A stretch of DNA of 64,000 nt, from contig CAZMBP010000028.1 of NCBI GenBank assembly GCA_964564545.1, forward strand, positions 62,046-126,045, in the 5' to 3' direction. Numbering within the stretch: the first letter of the stretch is position 1; each line of letters begins with the position of its first letter. Both the position numbers and the translations under genes were made by a program. Of this stretch, positions 1 to 9,100 are shown piece by piece. The stretch is from an uncultured Saprospiraceae bacterium. Lineage in GTDB: Bacteria > Bacteroidota > Bacteroidia > Chitinophagales > Saprospiraceae. A model generated the notes under the pieces. The model did not search any database. It had not been told where the DNA came from and saw only the letters and a program-made list of their open reading frames with translations.

Positions 1-11
1 TTGATAATTAT

Positions 12-173
12 ATGATGTCAAAAAAATCTAAATCTTTTGGCAACTTAAATCAAGTATTAACGAAACAGGAAGTATTAAGTGATTTAGAAAAAGATAAAAT
101 TGTAGGTGGGAAAAGACAAAAAAGAACATCAACTATTTCGTTAGATTTCTATTTTCAATTACAAACTGCTTAA
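12..173 (+). CDS. Candidate double-glycine leader peptide precursor (53 aa), absent from the supplied ORF track
   Basis: My translation of an ATG ORF gives MMSKKSKSFGNLNQVLTKQEVLSDLEKDKIVGG|KRQKRTSTISLDFYFQLQTA*. The K-rich start and the L..E.L..L....IVGG leader resemble GG-type bacteriocin/RiPP leaders. A hairpin terminator follows. Upstream context is cut off by the window edge. Confidence 0.35.
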   Translation: MMSKKSKSFGNLNQVLTKQEVLSDLEKDKIVGGKRQKRTSTISLDFYFQLQTA

Positions 174-223
174 AATATCCAAAGTGGTTTTCACAACCAT
201 TTTGCTTTCTCATAGTATATGGA

Positions 224-263
224 ATGAAGTGCTTACACCCCCGTAGGCACTTCATATTTTTTT
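224..263 (+). terminator. Rho-independent terminator
   Basis: The stem is atgaagtgc / gcacttcat (9 bp) around a 14-nt loop, followed by atttttt. Confidence 0.6.
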
Positions 264-288
264 AGGATTTTGAGTATCGATATTCCCA

Positions 289-777
289 TCACTCTCTCTC
301 GTAAGTCTCAAAAAACTCCTTCCTTGCAATCCGATAAATCTCGTCACCTCCATCAACTGGGCAAACTAAAAAGTCTTTTTCCTTAGCGACCATTTTTGAT
401 CCCCATGGAGCCTCAAAATAAAACTCATTGTCAAGTTTAAATTTTTTCAAAAAACTCTTATTCACTTCCACGGCTAGAATTCGTCCTTTCGGTTCGTACT
501 CACAGTATCCCGATTTTGACCGTTTTTTATATTTATACCTATTTTTAAAATTACTTGGAGACATCACATATTCTTCGCCTGCTTCTGTTTCATTTTTGAC
601 AATATAATCTCCTGTTTTTGCTTTATTGGTAGTTTCTATACCATCTTTAGTTATAGTTGCAATGCGTTCTAACTTCTTCGCTTTTCGAGCAAGGACTTTT
701 TTAAACTTTCGGTAAGATTTCCCTTTTGATTTTAATAATGGTAATACCATTTGCTTTATCTCATTCTGTGTATACAT
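289..777 (-). CDS. Hypothetical protein (possibly PGDYG-like)
   Basis: 162-aa ORF with no competing ORF. The motif KTGDYIVKN..GEEYVMSPSNF is reminiscent of the PGDYG domain family. The assignment is tentative. Confidence 0.5.
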   Translation of the reverse strand: MYTQNEIKQMVLPLLKSKGKSYRKFKKVLARKAKKLERIATITKDGIETTNKAKTGDYIVKNETEAGEEYVMSPSNFKNRYKYKKRSKSGYCEYEPKGRILAVEVNKSFLKKFKLDNEFYFEAPWGSKMVAKEKDFLVCPVDGGDEIYRIARKEFFETYERE

Positions 778-830
778 CTGTTTTCTCTTTTTATAAAATT
801 ACAATTAGTAGGTCTGTTTTGCAACTCAAA

Positions 831-1625
831 TTATGAAACAGTTACTCTTTGATCCAAAATATCAGAATCCTCTAAAATACTTTTATCAACATCACCATTC
901 CATTTCCAATCTAATAATGTAACTGCTGCATTAAATAAATAGAATACATATTTCACCACATTTGCGATATTTAATTGAATCGCATTTTTGGCCAAATTAA
1001 TTATATTATAAACCACCCAGCTAAACCAAGTTTCCTCATACTTGAATGCATTACAAACATTTCCTCCGACTGACAATCCAAAAATTACAGAAACCAAAGT
1101 TAAAAATGTCGGATCAGTTATTCCTCCAAAAAGATAAGCTCCCAAATAAACCAAAGTAAATCCCAATAACATTCCTGCTGCAAGGATTAAATAATAATAA
1201 ATATCTCTCTTACGAATTCTTTCCCCACTTTTCCACTTTGAGTATGCGTAGGTGTGAATAAAAAAGGTCACGGGATAAGTGATAATCGCAGAGTGATTTC
1301 CAAAAAGATAATCAATTCCGCCTGAACTGACTGTGGTCAAAATCCCAATAAAATTTCCCCAATTATTTTGCTTACCCACTAGGCGAGTTGCGAGGACTGA
1401 AAATATTGCTCCGACCATAGATACGATTCCTAAAGGAAAAGCACCTTGTTGCATGTGACTCATTAGTTCCTTCATGGGAATTCCAAACTGAATTTCTCCA
1501 TTGAAAAAGATCGTTCCATGAAAATTTCTCCAAATGCAAACTCCGAAAATCAAAAGAGCAGCAAATACATCAAGGTGTTTTGATTGGACTAAATTTCTGA
1601 CTAGTTTTCGAGTACTTGTTTCCAA
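831..1625 (-). CDS. PnuC-like (nicotinamide riboside/vitamin transporter family) membrane protein
   Basis: 264-aa polytopic membrane protein. The segment LATRLVGKQNNWGNFIG...IDYLFGN...YAYSKWKSG is like PnuC-family signatures. Confidence 0.45.
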   Translation of the reverse strand: METSTRKLVRNLVQSKHLDVFAALLIFGVCIWRNFHGTIFFNGEIQFGIPMKELMSHMQQGAFPLGIVSMVGAIFSVLATRLVGKQNNWGNFIGILTTVSSGGIDYLFGNHSAIITYPVTFFIHTYAYSKWKSGERIRKRDIYYYLILAAGMLLGFTLVYLGAYLFGGITDPTFLTLVSVIFGLSVGGNVCNAFKYEETWFSWVVYNIINLAKNAIQLNIANVVKYVFYLFNAAVTLLDWKWNGDVDKSILEDSDILDQRVTVS

Positions 1626-1648
1626 AATGTACTTTTTTATAGCACGTA

Positions 1649-1775
1649 GTGGTCTGCTTTAGCTAACCTAAAAAATGAGCGAAGCGATTTTTTCAAAAAA
1701 CATAAAATCATTTTTTCCAAATAAAACAATTTTACTACACTCGTATTTTTACGGTCAGCTAAAGCAAACCACCAC
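1649..1775. repeat. 127-bp element bounded by imperfect 20-23 bp inverted repeats
   Basis: gtggtctgctttagctaacc (1649-1668) pairs with ggtcagctaaagcaaaccaccac (1753-1775). The element lies in the divergent intergenic region between the PnuC-like and methyltransferase genes. Confidence 0.5.
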
Positions 1776-1869
1776 ATATGATGACACAATATTTGTGTTT
1801 ATTCTTTCAAAACATTAAACGTACAAATTTACCAAAGGGAAACATTTTTATCTCTATTTTTGCACGCAA

Positions 1870-2964
1870 ATGACAGACAATAATACCAATAAAAATAAAT
1901 ACTCCATCATTCGTTATCCAAAAACGAGGAATCAATCTTTGCAAGCGTGGAGTGCAGCGGATGAATATCTTTTAAAAGAATTCGACTCCTTGGATTTGGA
2001 AAAAACTAAGATGGTGATTTTCAATGATCGATTCGGTTTTTTGACTTGCCACTTGCATCCATTTTCCCCTACGATTATTTTAAATTATAAAAGCCAAGAA
2101 AAATCCATTTTCCAAAATATCGAATCGAATGATTTGAAATTTAGCAAACTGAATTTTATTACTCCTTTAGAATCTTTGCCTGAGCAATTAAATGTTGCTA
2201 TCCTTAGAATACCAAAGTCATTGGATTTATTTAGAATGCAATTATTTCAATTATCTAAATCATTGCATGAAAATGGTATTGTATTGGCTTCATTTATGAC
2301 CAAATATTTTTCACCTCAAATGCTATCCATTGTTAATGAATTTTTTGAAGAAGTAGAACAAAGCAAAGCTTGGAAAAAAGCTCGTGTCTTAATTTTAAAA
2401 AATAAGAAACCTGCAAAAGACGTTTCAATTCTGCATTCAATCGAATTTCAAGATTTCATTTACCAACAATATTTTGGTGTTTTTTCTGCAAAAAATATTG
2501 ACTATGCGAGTCAGTTTTTCATTCAACATTTGAAGTTAAAAGAAGGTGATCAACGAGTTCTGGATTTAGCCTCAGGGAATGGTGTTTTATCCAAAGCAAT
2601 TCAAATTCAAAAATCGAGTTGTGAAATTCATTTGATGGACGATTCCTTTTTAGCAATCGAATCTTCAAAATTAAATTTGAATCCTGAAAATGTATTTTTC
2701 CATTTTAGTGATTCGATGGAAATTTTTGAAGATGATTTTTTTGATTTAGTTATTTCCAATCCTCCTTTTCATTTTGAACACGAAACAAATATTGAAGTAG
2801 CCATTCGATTATTTTCTGAAGTAAAAAGATGTTTAAAAAATGGAGGAAGGTTTGAATTAGTGGCGAGTAGGCATTTGAATTTTAAAACTCATTTGATCAA
2901 AATTTTCAAGGAAGTGAATATCGTTTCTGAAAATAACAAATTCATTATTTACGAATGTTTTTAA
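1870..2964 (+). CDS. Class I SAM-dependent methyltransferase, RsmC/RlmG-like rRNA (guanine-N2) methyltransferase
   Basis: It has the SAM motif LDLASGNGVLS and the N-methyltransferase motif VISNPPFH. It is a two-domain, 364-aa protein like RlmG/RsmC. Confidence 0.6.
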   Translation: MTDNNTNKNKYSIIRYPKTRNQSLQAWSAADEYLLKEFDSLDLEKTKMVIFNDRFGFLTCHLHPFSPTIILNYKSQEKSIFQNIESNDLKFSKLNFITPLESLPEQLNVAILRIPKSLDLFRMQLFQLSKSLHENGIVLASFMTKYFSPQMLSIVNEFFEEVEQSKAWKKARVLILKNKKPAKDVSILHSIEFQDFIYQQYFGVFSAKNIDYASQFFIQHLKLKEGDQRVLDLASGNGVLSKAIQIQKSSCEIHLMDDSFLAIESSKLNLNPENVFFHFSDSMEIFEDDFFDLVISNPPFHFEHETNIEVAIRLFSEVKRCLKNGGRFELVASRHLNFKTHLIKIFKEVNIVSENNKFIIYECF

Positions 2965-2966
2965 TC

Positions 2967-2990
2967 GTTGCCAAAGCAACTATTTTTATT
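2967..2990 (+). terminator. Short stem-loop terminator
   Basis: gttgc-caaa-gcaac followed by tatttttatt. Confidence 0.35.
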
Positions 2991-3065
2991 TAATTTCGCA
3001 CCTAATTATAAACGGCTCAGGAAAGTCGTTCTACTTAAACTAACCAAATCAACCATACAATTTTT

Positions 3066-4166
3066 ATGACTACAAAGATCTCCCTTTTCAAACCGTATCT
3101 TGATACAGACGCACCTGCCTACAAAGGTGGAAAATCAAAAGACGAAATTGATTTCGATGGACCGATTTATAAATTATCATCCAATGAAAATCCAATTGGT
3201 GCTTCGCCAAAAGCAATTGCAGCCATGCAGGCGAGAATGAATAATTTGCATGAATATCCAGACAATACAGATATTCGATTACGAACAGCTTTGAGCAACT
3301 TTTATAAAAATGAATTAACACCAGATCAATTTGTTACGGCCAATAGTGGCGTGGGAATTATTGAAATAATTGTTCATGCATTTTTGGGAGAAGGTTTGGA
3401 ATGTATCGTTTGCAATCCTGCTTTTTTGCCTTACATTTCTTTCCCTACAAAAGTAGGAGCAGTCATTAAAGATGTTCCTTTGGTGGGACATGATTATAAA
3501 TTAAATATCGATGAGGTTGTCAAAAACATCAATGATAACACTCGAGTTATTTGGCTTTGTAGTCCAAATAATCCAACGGGGACTTATATACCCAAACAAG
3601 ATATTGATAAATTACTCGAGCAAGTTCCTGATCATGTCGTAGTCATTTTGGATGAGGTTTATTTTCAATTTGCAACAGCGGAAGATTACACTACTTCTCT
3701 ACCTTATGTTTTGGAAGGGAAAAATGTGATTGGTGTAAATAGTTTTTCGAAGGCATATGGATTAGCAGGAATGCGAATTGGTTATGCTTATTCGACTCCA
3801 AAAATTGGAAGATACTTAAGTAAGTTACAACGTCCATTTTATATCAACACTTTGGCAACTGAAGCGGCAATGGCTGCACTAACTGATGATGAATTTCTTG
3901 AGTTAACAGTTAGAACTGTAAATGAAGGCAAAGCATACTTATACCCTGAACTAGATAAATTAGGAATCACTTATTGGAAAAGTCAAGCCAATTTTTTTAC
4001 GATAAAACCAGATATGGATCCAAAATTATTTGAAGAAAAAATGCAAGGATTTGGAGTAATGGTCAGACCAGTTGGGAATTTTGGAGCACCAGGTTGTGTA
4101 AGAATTACAATTGGAACACAGGAAGCAAACGAGGCAGTAATTCATGCTATGAAAAATATTTTATAG
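3066..4166 (+). CDS. hisC: Histidinol-phosphate aminotransferase-like PLP-dependent aminotransferase (class II)
   Basis: Motifs SSNENPIGASP, SPNNPTGT, LDEVYFQF, and SFSKAYGLAGMRIGY (PLP lysine). The length is 366 aa. Confidence 0.7.
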   Translation: MTTKISLFKPYLDTDAPAYKGGKSKDEIDFDGPIYKLSSNENPIGASPKAIAAMQARMNNLHEYPDNTDIRLRTALSNFYKNELTPDQFVTANSGVGIIEIIVHAFLGEGLECIVCNPAFLPYISFPTKVGAVIKDVPLVGHDYKLNIDEVVKNINDNTRVIWLCSPNNPTGTYIPKQDIDKLLEQVPDHVVVILDEVYFQFATAEDYTTSLPYVLEGKNVIGVNSFSKAYGLAGMRIGYAYSTPKIGRYLSKLQRPFYINTLATEAAMAALTDDEFLELTVRTVNEGKAYLYPELDKLGITYWKSQANFFTIKPDMDPKLFEEKMQGFGVMVRPVGNFGAPGCVRITIGTQEANEAVIHAMKNIL

Positions 4167-4251
4167 AAACTTAGGTTAAAAACCTTAACGTATTTGGACT
4201 TTGTTCAGAGCTATGAAAATCGTACTTTTATTTTTACAAAAATTTATTCTT

Positions 4252-5409
4252 ATGAAAAAAAATATACTCCTATTTATATTTGCAATAATGAGCAGTAGTT
4301 TGGTTGCCCAAATTACCGTTACAAATGCTACTTTTCCAGCACCAGGAGATACATTACGAACAGTCATTGATGCCAATCCTAATGTCAACTTGCAATCTCC
4401 AGGGGAAGATTTGACTTGGAATTTTTCTTCTTTAGATGGACCTGTTTTTGAACGTATCATTTTGGATGCGAGCCTAGGAGCTAATTTCGTAGAATTTCCA
4501 GATGCAACAATCATGACTGGACAAACACCACTTGCTGAAACATATTATCAAACTACAGCCACGGAATACACTTCCTTAGGATATAGTGGCCAAGACCCAA
4601 TCGGGTTTGGTTTGGATGTAGCATTTAAAAATACTCCACCATTGGTAGAGCGAGTTTCTCCACTTGATTATAATGATAATAATAATTCAACTTCAAATGT
4701 ATCGATTCCATTTGCATGGGATGATCTGCCTACTATACTTACTGATAGTTTACCTTTACCCGCTGGAATTAATCCTGATTCGATTAAAATCGAAGTTTCG
4801 ACAACTCGAACGGAAACGGTAGATGCTTGGGGAAAAGTGATATTGCCAGTAGGGACTTACGATGTGTTGAGAGCTCGAAGAATAGATGTAACCCAAACGG
4901 GTGTCCTTGCATTAGTTCCAACCTTTCCGGGGCTTCCTTCAGTTTGGGTTGATGTAACAGGTTTTTTAGGAGCTGTCAGCCCTCTTTTAGGAGGAGATAC
5001 AACTTTGACTTATCGATATTATAATGATGAATCAATAGAACCAATTGCAATCATTAGAGCTGACCCAACTGATGACACACCATTAAATGCAGAATATAAA
5101 TCAGTTGATCCGAATACGGTAAATGTGATCAAACTATATGATAAAAAACCAAACATTTATGCTTACCCAAATCCTGCAATTGATCAGGTAAGATTTGACC
5201 TAGTAAATATCCCAACTGGAATTTATGATTTGAATATTTATAATATTCTCGGTGTGAAAGTTTGGAGTAAAAAATATGACTTTACGAACTCTTCAGATAC
5301 CATTCAGTTGGATTTAAATAACTTTAAAAAAGGAACTTATTTATACTCCTTAGTGAATGATGAAGGAAAAACATTTGCGACCAGACGCTTAGTGATTTTG
5401 AGACCTTAA
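4252..5409 (+). CDS. Secreted hypothetical protein with type-A T9SS C-terminal sorting domain
   Basis: The signal peptide MKKNILLFIFAIMSSSLVAQ begins at ATG 4252. The track ORF begins at an upstream TTG at 4201. The C-terminus reads YPNPAIDQVRFDL...KGTYLYSL...RRLVILRP. Confidence 0.75.
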   Translation: MKKNILLFIFAIMSSSLVAQITVTNATFPAPGDTLRTVIDANPNVNLQSPGEDLTWNFSSLDGPVFERIILDASLGANFVEFPDATIMTGQTPLAETYYQTTATEYTSLGYSGQDPIGFGLDVAFKNTPPLVERVSPLDYNDNNNSTSNVSIPFAWDDLPTILTDSLPLPAGINPDSIKIEVSTTRTETVDAWGKVILPVGTYDVLRARRIDVTQTGVLALVPTFPGLPSVWVDVTGFLGAVSPLLGGDTTLTYRYYNDESIEPIAIIRADPTDDTPLNAEYKSVDPNTVNVIKLYDKKPNIYAYPNPAIDQVRFDLVNIPTGIYDLNIYNILGVKVWSKKYDFTNSSDTIQLDLNNFKKGTYLYSLVNDEGKTFATRRLVILRP

Positions 5410-5454
5410 GACGTAGTCACATTGAAAAATGTAACTCATTTTTCCAACTAAAAT

Positions 5455-5490
5455 CGGCAATACAAATAATATTTTGTATCGCCGTTTTTT
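5455..5490 (+). terminator. Rho-independent terminator
   Basis: cggcaatacaaa / tttgtatcgccg (12 bp, 1 mismatch) followed by tttttt. Confidence 0.6.
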
Positions 5491-6140
5491 ATTTAATCAG
5501 TTTTCATTACACCGATTTTCTATTTTTTCCAAATTATAAATTTCTTAGGATAAAAATAGGATGATGGCAAATAATGTAATCATCTCATTTTTTTTGCAAC
5601 CATCAGAAAGAGATTATGTCTTTTTTTACACAACAGAAGCCTATTAATTTAATAGGGAGAGCGCAGGGAAATCACCTTTTTGGTGGTTTCCCTATTTCTA
5701 TTCTAATAACATTCAGTCTTTTTTTTGATAATTGGACCACATTTTATTTTATAAGTCATTAAAAACCAGTAATTTAGTAACGATCCTATCGTATAAATTT
5801 ATTACTTAAAGTTATCCCCTAAATTTACTAAATAATTGAAAAAAGCGGTATTTTCGTATTGCAATAGTTCCCAAGACCTTTCCAAATTGATAATTTATAA
5901 AAGCATAAAGAAAAGTATTCTTCTTTTTGTCGAATAAAGATGCTGTATTTCTTTTTCCCAAATCTCTAGGCTGACTGATTAAAACTTATTTTCATTTGTA
6001 ACGATAGCCCCATCGTTATGGAATGAGCTATTTGTATTATTTCGAATATTTTTTACAGAAACATTTATATCGAATCTTAATTAACACCTGAAGTAAAGTA
6101 CATTGTACTACTTCATGACTAAAATCTAAAACATTTTATA

Positions 6141-9100
6141 ATGAAAAACTTTACAACCACTCTTACACTTTTGTTGGTTCTTATCAGCGGTAGTTTATTT
6201 GCACAAGTAAATTATACTGCCAAAGATCAAGTAACTACCTACAATGATGTATTCTTGTTTGGTTCCAATTTTGGATATAACCCACCTTGGCAAGATGAAG
6301 ATCTTGCAAATATTGCTGCTGGTAATCCTTCTTTGGGAATTGATGGAGTTGGAGTTAAATCCTCTCGCCCAACGCTTCCAGGATGGTTTATGGAAGAATA
6401 TGGTTATGACTTCCGATTGAATACTTATCAGCATTATGCAGACCTTGGATTAAGAGATAATGTATGTATCGTTGGCTTCCCTTCTGACGATCAAAAAGAA
6501 ACAGACCAACCTTGTCCTGGAATTCAGTCCGAAATGTTTGACAATTTATATACAGACATTTGGGATGGAGGCGCCAATGGAACTCCTTACAATGATGATA
6601 ATTACTATGCTGCTTATTTATACAAAACAGTATCGATGTATAAGCAACATGTAAAATTCTGGGAAATCTGGAATGAGCCGGGATTTGATTATAGTGGAAA
6701 TTGTGGCTGGAGAGAACCAGGTGATCCAGTTTGTAACTGGTGGGATAATGATCCAGATCCATGTATTAATAAATTACGTGCACCAATCCAACATTATGTT
6801 CGGACGCTTAGAATTTCTTGGGAAATTATTAAAACGCTTGATCCTGATGCTTATGTAATTGTTGCGGGCGTTGGGTTTCCTAGTTTTTTAGATGCAATTT
6901 TGAGAAATACTGACAATCCTGTAGATGGAAGTGTGACTGCTGATTATCCTCATGGTGGTGGTGCTTATTTTGATGTGATGGGTTTTCACTCATACACTCA
7001 TTTTGATGGAACAATGAAATATTGGGATAATAACTTAGGTCAATTTGTGTATGAAAGACATTCTGATAAAGGTGCAAGTGGTGTTTTAAGAAGACAAGAT
7101 CAATATCAAGATGTTTTAGATGTTTATGGTTTTGATGGAGTTACTTATCCTGAAAAAGAATGGATTATCACAGAGATCAATGGTCCAAGAAAACAATTCC
7201 AAGACTTCGTTGGATCAGAAGAATATCAAAGAAACTTCTTGTTAAAAGGTGCTGTGACTTGTATGAAAAATGACATCCGGGCAATGCACGTTTATAATTT
7301 AGCAGAAAGAAAAACTTACAATGAAGCAACTGGTGAATTTGACTTATTCGGCTTATATGAAAAAGTAAAAGACACTCAGCCTTACAATCAAGTGAAGACT
7401 GGAGAAGGCATTGCATACAAAACCATGTCAGATTTAATATTCGGTTCAACATATGATGCAACCCGAACAGCTCAATTAAATATGCCTCCCGAAGTTGATG
7501 GAGGTGCTTTTTTAGATACTGATGGAAATTACACTTACATCATGTGGGCAAAAACTACGGTTGATATGAGTGAGGTGGCCAATGCAACTTACTCTTTCCC
7601 TGCAAGTTTAAACATTAATTATTTAGAAGCTCGAAATTGGGAGTACTCCAGTACTTTCCAAAGTTCGCAAGTTGATCCAAGTAGTGTTGCCTTGACTGCT
7701 GAACCTACATTTTTTACAGAATCAATTTTCTCTACAGATATTTCTGCAGGCTGTGAACCTTTGACGGTAAATTTCCAAGAAAGATATGCAGGAACTGCAG
7801 CTAGTTACAACTGGACATTTGATGGAGGAATTCCTGCCACTTCTACTTCGGAAAATCCAACAATAGATTATGCCAATGCTGGAACATACGAATTCACTTT
7901 AGATGTTTTAGATGGCAATGGAGACACTTTAGCTACACAAACTTCATATGTTGTTGTAACAGCTCCACCTTCAGCTGACTTTTCATATACGCTTTCAGGA
8001 CCAATCATTGTTTTTGAAAATAACTCTTCAGCAAATACAGATACTTACAACTGGGTTTTTGGAGATGGAAACACAAGTACCGAGAGAGAACCTACTCATG
8101 TTTACAATACAAATGGAACTTATACCATTACAATGATTGCTTCGAATGGCTGTGGTGCAAGTACTCAAACTGCAACTATTACGATCAATACTTCTTCGAA
8201 TTTCCAAATTCCATATAATGCAAATACTGTTTTAGATCCTTATGATGGCCCTTTCCGCCCAGGTACCAACTTTGGATATAATCCACCATGGACTGACTTT
8301 AGTTTGGCAGATATTGCAGCAGGAAATCCGAGTTTGAATATCAAAGGTGTAGGTGTAAAAGCATCTCGACCTTCTCTTCCGGGTTGGTTTGTAAATGAAT
8401 ATGGTTATGAATTTAACTTACCAAATTACCAACACTATGATAATTTAGGTTTGGAAGAAAATGTATTAATTATTGGTTTCCCTGCTCCAGAAGAAAGAGA
8501 CCCAGCATACTATTGTGATGGAGTTCAATCTGAAATGTTTGCCAATATGTATTCTGATATTTGGGATGATGGAACTGATGGAACACCTTACAATGATGAG
8601 AATTATTTAGCTGCTTATTTATACAAAGTAGTTACGCTATATGGAGACAATGTTAGATTCTGGGAAATCTGGAACGAGCCAGGATTTGATTATACTGGAA
8701 ATTGTGGATGGAGAGAACCAGGTGATCCAGTTTGTAACTGGTGGGATCAAAATCCTGATCCTTGTGATTTCAAATTACGTGCTCCTATTATGCACTATGT
8801 TCGAATCTTGAGAATTAGTTATGAAATTATCAAAACGCTTCAACCTGACGATTACTTAGTAGTTGCTGGAGTTGGTTTCCCTAGTTACTTAGACGCAATT
8901 TTGAGAAATACCGATAACCCTGTGGACGGAAGTGTTACTGCTGATTATCCACTTGGCGGTGGTGCATATTTTGATGTGATGGGTTTCCATGCTTATCCTC
9001 ACTTCGATGGAACGATGCGATGGTGGGATAATTCCATTGGAGGTTTCCACTACGAAAGACACTCTGACCAAGCCATCACAGGTATTAAAAATCGTCAAAA

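Noticed and set aside
1626-1869. Possible TPP or other vitamin riboswitch upstream of the PnuC-like transporter.
   Set aside because: I looked on the minus strand for the TPP core (CUGAGA, that is tctcag on the plus strand) and did not find it. I recognised no other known riboswitch core. Only the inverted-repeat observation is retained.
4185-4514. 109-aa minus-strand ORF, and the TTG-initiated 17-codon extension (4201-4251) of the T9SS cargo gene.
   Set aside because: The antisense ORF overlaps a gene with a clear signal peptide and CTD. The signal peptide starts at ATG 4252, so the TTG extension is unnecessary.
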